DNA of 41,524 bases from Nemertoderma westbladi (lineage: Eukaryota > Animalia > Xenacoelomorpha): NCBI GenBank assembly GCA_032718475.1, contig JAUCBJ010005836.1:1-41524 (forward strand), in the 5' to 3' direction. This document shows positions 12,358 to 23,037 of this stretch, one piece after another. The translations under genes were made by a program, and so were the position numbers. The notes beneath the pieces were generated by a model that did not search any database, had not been told where the DNA came from, and was given only the letters and a program-made list of their open reading frames with translations. Numbering within the stretch: the stretch's first letter is position 1; each line of letters opens with the position of its first letter.

Positions 12358-13175
12358 TTATATAGCAGTGTGGTGTCTGGTTGGAGATGTGTGCATTGTA
12401 CTTGACACAATGAACCCGGCGTAGCATTCTTGTGAATGTGCCATCCAGAGATTTGGGTCCTCAGCAGTTAGAGCCCAGCATAGACTCCCGTAGAGGAGTA
12501 CTGGAACTACTGCTGCTCTAAATAATCGGACCTTAAGTTTCCGATTAATTCTCGGTGACTTCCAAATCCTGGAAAGCCTATTCAAGGCTGCCCATGCCTT
12601 TCCCTTACGTATTCGAAGGTCTTCACCTGACTTCCGGATCCATGATCCCAGGTAACAGAAGTCGTCCACATGCTCAAGCATACCATCCTTTGAGCTTATG
12701 CTCATCCGATCAGAGACTTGCTGAGGACTTTCAAAGTTAACTGTCAAAATTTTTGTCTTTCTGGAGTTAATAAAAAGACCAACACTAGAAGCATGTTCTA
12801 ATGAGCTGAGGAGCCGTTGGGCTCCCTCTAATGATTCTGAGAGTACTCCTAAGTCATCAGCAAAGTCTAGATCAGTTAGGTACTTGGCAGGATTTCCTCG
12901 ACTTCTGGAGCGAGTAGGTGGAGTTATCATCATTCATCACCCCATCATCATTATGATGATCTAAGGACATGCGTAGAACATAGTCAACCACAATAATGAA
13001 CAAGAATGGTGCAAGTGTGTCTCCTTGGAGGATGCCCCATAACACTTCAAATGGTTCTGTGTCACTGTCAACAGTAGACACAAATGTTGACGAACCATCG
13101 TATTCTGATCTGATTGCTGCAATAATTTCATCAGGAATCCCATATAATGAAAGTATGCTGAACATACGTGAGTTA
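12358..13175 (-). mobile_element. RTE-clade LINE reverse transcriptase fragment
   Basis: GILQGDTLAPFLFIIVVDYVLR, LTDLDFADDLGVLS, GLFINSRKTK, FCYLGSWI and LKVRLFRAAVVPVLLYG; frameshifted. Confidence 0.92.
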
Positions 13176-13189
13176 GAGACTGAATCAAA

Positions 13190-13289
13190 GGATATATCAA
13201 GGACATATCCCGATCGGGATATATTAACTTATAAGGGTATATCCCGATCGGGATATATTTATATATCCCGATCGGGATAGGGAACCCTA
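13190..13289. mobile_element. Terminal fragment of a hAT-like element with palindromic subterminal repeats
   Basis: Three copies of the palindrome ATCCCGATCGGGAT, ending in GGAACCCTA (a TAGGG-type terminus). No partner end seen. Confidence 0.5.
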
Positions 13290-13880
13290 CTGTATGGTAT
13301 AGGCCTAGTCCAGGTAATCCTCCAAAGCAGCGTAGCACAAGCACCTACCAACAACACCACACAACAGTCAGATCAGACCGTAACTATTAATTTGATTATT
13401 AGTAGGCCTAACTGGATTGCCAATGCGACTCAGCAAGGAAGTAAGGACAGAAGGGTAGAAAGCAGTCATCTATATCACACACTGGCTGACTGGCGAGAGT
13501 TTCCCCGAGGATGTTACGCATACGCACATCAAGGTTGCCGGTTGCAGGCAATGTAGGGTTGGGTCGATGCAATCAACAGTTACAGTTTCACCAAACTGCC
13601 AAATGAATTTCTCGGACTGCTGGAGTACCGGCAACCTGTATACCGCGAGCACCTTCGACGACACGTCACTGCGACATCGTCAGTACCTCACACTCCATGT
13701 GATGAAGAACGATAGATTGAACTCGAAGGACTTCTGGACTTGGTAGCCGGGTTCGTTGAACTTAATCGTTCGGATCTACTGCACGATCTGCCATGGACCA
13801 TTGCAGCAGTGTACTGCAGAATCGATGGATGGTTTTTTTTTATTCAACAGCAAACCCTTGAGTTGGAACTCTTCGTTTTG

Positions 13881-14033
13881 GTCCGTCTAAACACCCAAAT
13901 CACACAAAATTGACCAAATCACACATTTTGTGATAAGATGTGATTTGGTATCATTCGGTGTGGTGTGATTTGGTTTTGGGATTATTATTTGTGATTTGGT
14001 GTGATTTGTTGTGATATGGGTGCTTAGATGGAC
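13881..14033. mobile_element. MITE
   Basis: ~23-bp imperfect TIR GTCCRTCTAARCACCCAWATCAC, with internal AAATCACA/TGTGATTT repeats. Confidence 0.7.
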
Positions 14034-14465
14034 ACGAGTTGGAACTCTTCGTCTTCTATGTGGAAAAATACATCGGTCGTGTAAATATTCCAACATTTGC
14101 TTGAAGGCACTACTATGTTCCGGATATTTATGTTTCCATAGACAATTCCACTGGTGATTGTCTGTCCGTCGTTGCGTCACTGCCTGACTGCCGGGGACGA
14201 AATAACCCACTGTTCCATTGGACGCAATTGACAGAAGTAGTGGCAATGGTGAAAAGAGACACAGCACAGATCCCCGAAGCACTATAGGGTATTTCCAGAA
14301 GGCCTGCAAACTTATTTGGAAGGTTGTCGACTCTGGCAGTCTGGGAATTCGAAACACCAGAGTCAGTTGGAGTTTCTGACTCGCCAACTTGAAGTACATT
14401 GTTCAAAGACATACTCAAAACCCCAAAGGTTGATTATATAATCGCAATCCAAGGCTATCCATTAA

Positions 14466-14880
14466 CCCTATCTGGCCCGGGCGATTTTACAACGTAATTT
14501 GCCCAGGGGGGGGGGGGGGGGGGGTGGTTCATTTAAGAAATTTTTTAGATCTTGGTTCAAAAATTACAATTTCGATGGTATAAGGGTTTTCGAGGTCGCT
14601 GATCACGATAAAACTTGTTAAAAATAATTATAATGATTTTTTATTATGAAATTTGTGCTACTTGTATTTTTCGTGCCGCACATTGACATATATCCCAAAT
14701 AGCCAAAATCAACAGTGTACGATATATTTCAGTGTCATATTCGTTATCAGCATCCCAAAAAACCTATATGGTCATGAAATCAATTTGATTTTGTGGTGAT
14801 TTTTCATTATCATATTTGCACTACTTGTTTTTTTGTGTCTCAGACTGTCAGAGCAGGGCACATTCAAAATTACAATGCTA
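14466..14880. mobile_element. piggyBac-like terminal fragment
   Basis: Starts TTAA|CCCTATCTGGCCCGGG. Internal motifs resemble the repeat unit in the piggyBac at 25021-26645. No partner end; the right boundary is a guess. Confidence 0.4.
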
Positions 14881-15509
14881 TTTAATTAATGAAGAGCCCA
14901 TATCTTAATGAAGAACTCATTGATGTGTTCTCTGGAGTGGGGAATATTTGGTCGGCAATCATATATAATATAAATAATACCATAATGTAATAACACAATA
15001 CTGTAATAAGTACCTGATAGTAATAATAAGTACGGTATTATATAAAGTGATAATATAAAATACCTAACTAATAATAGACATATACATAAGAGACATATGA
15101 TATATATATAATATATATATATAATATAGACATATGACATATTATAAAATAATGAAATTTGTTGAGCATCTTTAAACAAATAATACATAGTACAGTAGTA
15201 ACTAAATAACACCACCTGATAACGAATGACTTCAAAAGGAAATAATGAAAGGGAACTACATACTATATAGACTATACAATACATACTATATAACTATATA
15301 GAAAATAATTTATGAAAGCAACAGATAATTTAAAAACTAATAACAGAAATAGATTCTCCATAATTTTTTACCGCAGAATGTGTATGTTTATCATTCAAAC
15401 TGGTCACAGGAAACCAAACAACATGGCCTTTGCTAGCGAAGTATGGATTTACCATATGCCAGCCCTTGCTTCATTAGTCCTTGGCTATACCTCTACACAA
15501 AAGATATAC

Positions 15510-15817
15510 TCCATTTTCACTCACATATTACTGTATTATGGGTAAGCAATGTCAGACTATTGCGTATACCTATATGTATATGGCTGCAATAGTAGAGTAG
15601 TCCTTGGTGTTGGTATGTACTAAAAACAGAAAAAGCTGAAAACCCTGGAAAATGGCTGGAAACACCTGGAAACAGGGTATTAGTACGTTTGAACAAACAA
15701 TTTAGCCAAACAATCATGACATCAGATAATTAATGGCTTAATGGTCGTTCAAACGTACTAATACCTGGAAACATCTACAGCTAGAATAAACAACTAGTTT
15801 GATAAAGGCGGGAAACT
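15510..15817. repeat. Distal left arm segment of the inverted duplication (partner ~35568-35865)
   Basis: ~300 bp align in reverse complement, e.g. GCTGAAAACCCTGGAAAATGGCTGGAAACACCTGGAAACAGGGTATTAGTAC. Confidence 0.85.
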
Positions 15818-15869
15818 ATTAATTTCAAAGTAACAACAACGCAAGCTTTGCGTATTATCCATATTATAA

Positions 15870-17800
15870 TGTTTGATTATTATTATATTATAGCAAACTA
15901 CTATACTTCACGGTAATGTTCCACGGTAACTTCACGGTAATGTTCCAGTAATGTTCAGTACCTTTATGGTAGCAGTTAGGTTTACAGTCTAACAGTTCGT
16001 TTGAGCTGCGTTCTGGCAGCAGTCTGCACGTGTAAGTATGTTACTGGTTGAGTTACCGGTACCACCAGCTGCAGACAAACTTGGTGGCATTAGGACCCCA
16101 ATGTCCTTAGAGTTTTATCCAGTTTATGGGTATAATTTATACAACGCAATAACAGAATCTAACACCCCCACTTGTTGTCATAATTCACCCATAACTGCGA
16201 AACCAGTTTATAGTTAGTATAATCTTGTCGCTTTGATTCTGATAGTCCCATATCTCCTTTCACATCATAGTGGTCTTCTCCTTTAGAAGCCCCTTTGTTA
16301 GAATGTCGGCCCACATATATTCAGTTGAGCGGTTAGATGATCGATATTGACACATTTCTAACCAACTTTCTTATGTGGTGGTGCTTAATATCGATATGTT
16401 TAGATCGGCGTTGGGTGACAGGGTTCTTACCCATCGCAATAGCCCCTTGATTATCCTCGAATATGGTCGTACCATCTCCCTTTGGTACCTTCATCTCAGC
16501 TAAGAGTGATCGAATCGCAACTGCCTCTTGTCCTGCTTGTGACAGAGCAACAAATTCTGCCTCTGATATAGACAATGCAACACTCTGTTGTTTTTGTGAA
16601 GCCGATGATATGGCTCCACCATGTTTGGTTAATTTGAAGATATAGCCTCTGCCTCATGTTGACTTGCGGTCATTGATATCTCCAACATAATCAGCATCGC
16701 TGTATGCGTGTAGTTTGAGGCCACCTGGGTCATTCCTGGAGGTCAGTTTCTCATCGATTGTCTCCTTCAGGTATCTTACACACTTCTTGGCAGCGGCTCA
16801 GTGTTGTACATTTGGCTTGGAACAGAATATTGCCAGTGTACTTACTGGGAATGATATATCAGGTCGTATATTGCCGGATATGTATAATCCTCCCACTAAT
16901 GACTTGTACTTTGCTGCCAAGTCATTGTTTACTGGTTCTGTATGTTTCTTCAATACGTTACCTTCGGTAAGCGGGGTACCCAATGGTCTTGCAGTCTGCT
17001 ATTGCTAACCCGAACTTATTGGCCAGTTGCTCAATGTACATTGGTCAATGGTAATGATGCCCTCACTTGGGTGTAGCACTCTCATTCCAAGAAACCACCT
17101 TAGTTCACCTCGATCATCAATCTTGAAGCGTTCACACACTGCCTCTATTACTCTCTGTGTGGAATCTGGGGTTCCAGCTACTACTACGTCATCCACCCAA
17201 ATTAAAACCAACATTCGTTCAGCATTCTGGCGGTTATCCATGTATAGACAATTGTCAGATTTACAACGCAAGCAAACAGTCGGCTGAGGCCGGAGGCGAC
17301 CCGAAGGCTCCTCTTTCGATAGCTGCTACCTGAGGGTAGGGGTGGGCGCTACTCCTATCCCATGATTTGCTCCCAGTAATTTAAGTGGTACTCATTTTAT
17401 CCACCCCAGTGGATGAAAGGCTGAGTGGAACCTGGCTGGCGGGGCTGAACCTACAACCACTAGATTGCAGGCCCGGCGCTCAACCAACTGAGCTACCCCG
17501 CCGCAGATTTACAACGCACCAGAATAACCCACCAGAAACTCATTGAGTTCATCATTCCAGTTCGCGCCTGTTTGTTTAAGCCCATACAGATATTTATTTA
17601 ACTTGCAATATGGGTTGATACCTTGTTGTCCATGTTTTTCAAAACCTTGTGGTTGCTTCACATATATTTCTTCCTTTACGTTGCTCTGCAAGTAGGCTGA
17701 CTTCACATCAATTTGTCGTATGGTTAGGTTCTCCTGAGCAGCAACAACTATCAGTATTTTCACTTCTTCTCGTTTGTAGGGTCTTAGGGCGAATGTTTCT
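15870..17800 (-). mobile_element. Ty1/Copia remnant: RT, RNase H, PPT and 3' LTR (~15870-16164)
   Basis: Motifs QIDVKSAYLQ..EEIYVKQPQGF..LYGLKQ, IWVDDVVVAG, SISEAEFVAL, EDNQGAI and RSKHIDIKHH. PPT AAGTGGGGG is followed by TGTTAG at 16164. The LTR far end (..AACA at 15870) is inferred. The 5' part is missing. Confidence 0.92.
17271..17503 (-). mobile_element. Full-length tRNA-derived SINE inserted in Copia RT
   Basis: Exact 15-bp TSD CAGATTTACAACGCA (17256-17270 and 17504-17518), A-box TAGCTCAGTTGG, B-box-like GGTTCAGCCCC, and central CTCAGCCTTTCATCC...AAAATGAGTACC. Confidence 0.92.
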
Positions 17801-18107
17801 TTGTAGTCAACACCAGCAACTTGTGAGAATCCCTTGTTTGCTACATAATAACTTTCGTAGTTTCATACAACCGCGACCGTATGTAGTTCCCGCTGCATTT
17901 GCTTGTCACTGTCACTATAATCTGCTCCTTTCCGTTACAGCAACATGCAAATTGCGCCCTTATATAATCTATTTATTATATTTACAACGATATAATATAG
18001 GGCCTATATATATATATATACGAAATTTATAATAGTGACGAGCTTGAAATACCTAAAACTACTGCCTGTATTTAATTTATTGATTAATATTTATTGAAGA
18101 TTTGATA

Positions 18108-19814
18108 ATGGATCAACATATAAATTTATTGGAAGAGAAATCATCTGGTGCCGGAATAGTTATAAAGAAAGAACCAACAGACTTTATAATTATAAAGAGA
18201 GAACCAACAGACTCCACCCCCTATTATCTTGATGTTAAACAAGAGAGCTGCGTTTACGGATCATCTCCCATCGAAGATCACAACAATTTGTTCGGTAGAG
18301 TAAATGTTGTCCCTGTACTAGATGACGAAGATATTTCTTATGAACCATCTGGAGATTCTTTTATTGTTGAAAAACGGGAAAACGACGGCCCAGACTGTTC
18401 TTATGGTAGGCCCATTGGAACTGAAAGTACAGAAGCGACAATCAGTTGTGCAACAACAGAATCAGGTAGTTCTAATAAAACGGTTGGGGAGTTGGTATCT
18501 TCTTCAGACACCAGTTCCTGTTTGCATTGTAATGAATTATTTAATGACAAGGGAATTTTAGAGAGACATTTAGAATCCGTTCATAAAGACGTAAAGAATA
18601 AGTATAAATGCGATTATTGTGAGAAACTGTTTAAAATGGAAAATTATGTAAAGAAGCATGTTGACGCTACCCATAAACGTATCAAACATAAGTGCGATTA
18701 TTGTAGTAAAAAATTCAGTCAGCTAACGAATCTAAACATCCATATCAACTACTCCCATAAAGATATCAAGTTCAACTGTTTTCATTGCGGAAAATCATTT
18801 GATAAAAAAGCCGTACTAAAACGACATGTCGACTCTATACATAAAGATATCAAACATAAGTGCGGTTATTGTAATAAAGAATTCAGTCAGCTAACGAATC
18901 TAAACATCCATATCAACTACTCCCATAAAGATATCAAGTTCAACTGTTTTCATTGCGGAAAATCATTTGCTAGAAAATCCCAACTAAAACAACATATCGA
19001 ATCCGTTCACAAAGATATAAAACATAAATGCGATTATTGTAATAAAGAATTCTGCCGGCAAAGTAGTCTAAACACCCACGTTAACTTTGTCCACAAAGGT
19101 ATCATCAAGTATAGCTGTTCCGATTGTGGAAAGTCATTTGCTTTAAAACCCGAACTAAAACAACATGTCGACTCTATACATCAAGATATCAAACATAAGT
19201 GCAGTTATTGTAATAAAGAATTTCGTTACAAACACGACCTAAAACGGCATTTCGACAGTATACATAAAGATGTCAAACATAAGTGCGGTTATTGTCATAA
19301 AGAATTCAATTACAAACACGTACTAAATCAACATGTCGACTCTATACATAAAGATATCAAACATAAGTGCGGTTATTGTAATAAAGAATTTCGTTACAAA
19401 CACGACCTAAAACGGCATTTCGACAGTATACATAAAGATGTCAAACATAAGTGCGGTTATTGTCATAAAGAATTCAATTACAAACACGTACTAAATCAAC
19501 ATGTCGACTCTATACATAAAGATATCCAACATAAGTGCGGTTATTGTAATAAAGAATTCAGTAAGCAAGGCAGTCTAAACACCCATATTAACTTTGCCCA
19601 CAAAGGTATCATCAAGTATAGCTGCTCCGATTGTGGAATATCATTTGCTAAAAAAGACGCACTAAACCGACATGTCGACTCTGTACATAAAGATATCAAA
19701 TATAAGTGCGGTTATTGTAATAAAGAATTCAGTCAGCAAGGCAGTCTAAACACCCATATTAACTTTGCCCACAAAGGTATCATCAAGTATAGCTGCTCCG
19801 ATTGTGGAATATAA
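18108..19814 (+). CDS. Tandem C2H2 zinc-finger protein, paralog 1 (15 complete fingers; premature stop in finger 16)
   Basis: Long ORF with first ATG at 18108 and C-x2-C-x12-H-x4-H repeats with KDIKHK/KGIIKYS linkers. The same frame continues past TAA to a paralog-matching end (NSVHKS*) at 19952. Confidence 0.9.
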   Translation: MDQHINLLEEKSSGAGIVIKKEPTDFIIIKREPTDSTPYYLDVKQESCVYGSSPIEDHNNLFGRVNVVPVLDDEDISYEPSGDSFIVEKRENDGPDCSYGRPIGTESTEATISCATTESGSSNKTVGELVSSSDTSSCLHCNELFNDKGILERHLESVHKDVKNKYKCDYCEKLFKMENYVKKHVDATHKRIKHKCDYCSKKFSQLTNLNIHINYSHKDIKFNCFHCGKSFDKKAVLKRHVDSIHKDIKHKCGYCNKEFSQLTNLNIHINYSHKDIKFNCFHCGKSFARKSQLKQHIESVHKDIKHKCDYCNKEFCRQSSLNTHVNFVHKGIIKYSCSDCGKSFALKPELKQHVDSIHQDIKHKCSYCNKEFRYKHDLKRHFDSIHKDVKHKCGYCHKEFNYKHVLNQHVDSIHKDIKHKCGYCNKEFRYKHDLKRHFDSIHKDVKHKCGYCHKEFNYKHVLNQHVDSIHKDIQHKCGYCNKEFSKQGSLNTHINFAHKGIIKYSCSDCGISFAKKDALNRHVDSVHKDIKYKCGYCNKEFSQQGSLNTHINFAHKGIIKYSCSDCGI

Positions 19815-20022
19815 TTTGCTAAAAAAGACGCACTAAACCGACATGTCGACTCTATACATAAAGATATCAAACATAAGTGCGGTTATTGTAATAAAGAATT
19901 CAATCAGAAAGGGAACCTAAACACACATTTAAATTCTGTCCATAAATCTTAAAGTTGCCGGTAATAAAATTGTTGTATTCGTACTGAACTATATTTTTAA
20001 CTGTATTATTATATTTCTATGC

Positions 20023-20639
20023 TGTACATATCGGCTACTGCTCATCGAATTACGACGCCACTCTCGAGGAACCGAACCTTGGAAAGGTTTTCGCCTTCGG
20101 ATTTCCTTCTGACGACGTCGAATCAAATACGCGCCTGCAGGCGCTTCTTAACATTGTTGCCATATCGTAAGTATTGACCGGGCGGTGACCACGGTGATAA
20201 AAGTCGTTCGAGGGGGTGCTTCTGTCACCATCCTCCGTCATTGTTTCCCGACGCACCGATGTCCGCCATCCCCTCTCCTTCACACTATCCGTTATCGATT
20301 TGGTATAACAATGGACATGGTTACTCGCCACTGGTATTTATTGGCGATGAGCGAATATTAAGAGAAGGTCCAGTGCCAGTCGCTCAGTGGACGGTAGAGT
20401 TTCGAAAGAACAACGCCACTGTACGGGCTGACCGGGTGCCGGGATTAATTTCACATCGTATTCTGGGTTAGAAAAAAGTTTCCATACCGTACATAAAGAA
20501 CCCAAAACTCGCATTCGCCTGGTCCGAAATTTAAAAGATCGTTCGCCACCTTAACAATTATCAGCAGACTAATAAAAGTATCTACAAGTTTCAATTCTTA
20601 ATGCGCCGAAGAATGGCTTTAGTCTGTTTATTCCCTACA
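20023..20639 (+). mobile_element. Solo LTR (probably Gypsy-type)
   Basis: TGTA...TACA ends, exact 4-bp TSD ATGC (20019-20022 and 20640-20643), AATAAA at 20571. Absent from the paralogous region. Confidence 0.8.
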
Positions 20640-20727
20640 ATGCTACAAATATTTAGTAAAGCTTTTTTTGAGTGGTACTCAATTTCGACAACATTGTCGA
20701 ATTGACAAAATTGTTCCAGCCTGTGCA

Positions 20728-20808
20728 GAAACTTTCAGTTTGAAATGTATAAAATGTTAAACTTTCAGTTTGAAATGTATAAAATGTGAAACTTTCAGTT
20801 TGAAATGT
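20728..20808. repeat. ~30-bp tandem repeat, ~2.7 copies
   Basis: AAACTTTCAGTTTGAAATGTATAAAATGT repeated. Confidence 0.9.
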
Positions 20809-22183
20809 TGTCGGATGCTTGGCAATGCCCTAACTTATCTGACAATGCGACTCTTTAAAACTGAGAAAATTTAGTTTAGTTTAGTTTAATACGCCAAATT
20901 AAATAATAATTAGGATCTATCTGTTTAATTAATGAAGAAACAATAATAACATAAAGTTCCTGACAGATAAGAAAAAGTAATAATATAAAGTACCTACCAC
21001 ACCGGTAATAATAATATAAAGTAATCATATAACATATAACGCCACCACTACAGTACCATGACGCCAAATCCCAGATCCACCCAAATGTCATCCGATGTCG
21101 TCAGTCGTCACCATATACACCAATGCCACGCCTTGTAGTATTAATGGTTAATTATAGTAATTAAACATATTTTTATTAAGTATTTATTTCATTCCGAGTC
21201 ATTTGAAATGTCTAAATAACAGTACAAATATAATAAATTACAAAATATAGTTTACTGAGGTATATTTCAACTAATAAGATACAAACATTATCTGACTACC
21301 CATTTTAAGCCTTGAATTACCTATATATCCTTTGTAAAAGTTTCAGCCTACGCTAATTTTGCCTAAATCTCGGCTGCATGGCTTGTATTAAAGGACGCCT
21401 TGGGTTACCCCCTCAGAAGATTTTTTTAAAACAGCTTAATATTTATCCCTCTTTTTTGAACTCATTACCTTCGAATCTACAAAAATTATCTAGCCAATTT
21501 TTTAAATTATAATTTTTTAATTTAATTAATTAAAGTTTGCAAAAAAATTGAACACATTTTTTTTTTTAAAATGTGCTAGATAATTTTCAAGATCCTCAAA
21601 ATGAGCCATAAATTATCGAATTTGAGTGAAAAATTAATTACTTATTATTATTACAACTAATTATTATCAATTAAATAGTATTAGTAATTGTAATAATATT
21701 CAACTTTTTTAAAATAATTGGCAATTAATTGAATAATTGATTTTGTGAATTGACAATTACAATAATTGATTGGCTCAAGACTTTAATTGCAATTAATTGA
21801 TTGATATAATTTCCAATTGCAATTAATTGATTGATAGCATGCAATAAATTGCAATCAACTTTTGATAACCCTTGATTCCCACTTATTCCCATGCACTTAT
21901 TCCTTTTTTACCAAAACAATAAACGACCACTTTAACAATTCAGTGAATTGGGAGCACTTTACAGCGGCAGGGTTTTATGTATATAGTATTTCCACTGTAT
22001 ATATTTATATCCTTTATCGGGATAACCTCTTTGCCGTCCGGTCTTTTTAGCTAAAAACGGCGCCGATATTTTATATAATAATTTTATAATTTTATCTAGA
22101 GGTTAATATATATGAATAATATGAATAAAACTCTTTTACTTCACTTAAAGTTTGTTTTTGATTCCATTGAGTTTGTATATTGT

Positions 22184-22472
22184 GGGGCGAGCCACGAAGT
22201 GAGTGAGCCTTAGCGTAGTGGTACCGTTAATCAACCTGTCGTTCTGTCGCTTTTTTTGCAGTGTTCAATTTTAAACGTTAATAACTCGGCCAATCTTCGA
22301 TGAAATATATCCAAACTTGGTACACATTTTGTTTGGCAAAAGTTTAGAAATTTTCCAAGTTGAATTTTCGTGTGGCAATTGAGAAGCTAAAATAATAGCA
22401 GTTTAAAAAAAATTAGTTAATTAAATTGATTACGGTAAAAACACGTTCGTGGGGTCTTCGAGCAGCCCCAGT
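22184..22472 (+). mobile_element. Possible Helentron-associated (DINE/HINE-like) short element
   Basis: Begins where paralog homology stops. Starts GGGGCGAGCC and has a terminal hairpin GGGG..CCCC followed by AGTT. Assignment is tentative. Confidence 0.3.
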
Positions 22473-22692
22473 TATGAGATACAAATTAAAATTGAGCGAC
22501 TGTATCACAAAATCAGGTTTTGAGAAATTTACCCACACCACCAATCAATCAAAGAATGGGGGACAGTACGTGTTCACCCCTTTTAATCTCCCCACCCCCC
22601 CCCCCCCCCCCCCCCCCATCATTCCCAACCACCAATACATAACCGCGACATCTACCACCCACGGAAGGGTAGAACGAACTTATTTCCAATCG

Positions 22693-23037
22693 CACGTTCA
22701 ATATGCAAAGCCAGGTGGTGTATGGAATATAACCAACGCCGTACTCGTCTTAATTATTATAAGCGTCGTTCAGTCGTTGCGCTCGTCCTGTTTTGTATTT
22801 AAATATATTTCCTAAACACAGACTGACAATCTTCATAACAAACTATCGATACGTGCAATATGTGAAACCAGGAATGGTTTATAGGAATATAATCAACGCC
22901 GTACTCGTCTTAATTATTATAAGCGTCGTTGCGCTCGTCCTAATATATTTCCTAAACGCAGACTGACAATCTTAACTATCGGTGCATTCAATATGCGAAT
23001 AAGCCAGGTATGGTTTATAGGAATATAATCAACGCAG
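22693..23037. repeat. Tandem repeat, ~130-160-bp unit, ~2.3 copies
   Basis: GGAATATAAYCAACGCCGTACTCGTCTTAATTATTATAAGCGTCGTT and AATATATTTCCTAAAC recur. Confidence 0.85.

Noticed and set aside
14886-15284. 132-aa hydrophobic ORF
   Set aside because: Derived from AT-rich simple sequence (Y/I/L bias); no recognisable domain.
17440-17503. tRNA gene
   Set aside because: It is the head of a TSD-flanked SINE, and I cannot fold a complete cloverleaf. The same applies to ~3262-3336.
18322-18561. Conserved 79-aa alternative-frame ORF in both ZNF genes (also 31962-32201)
   Set aside because: Its presence in both copies is expected from recent duplication; there is no independent evidence of function.
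18108-19814. PRDM9 ortholog
   Set aside because: No KRAB, SSXRD or PR/SET domain in the window, and the linkers differ; only the array dynamics are analogous.
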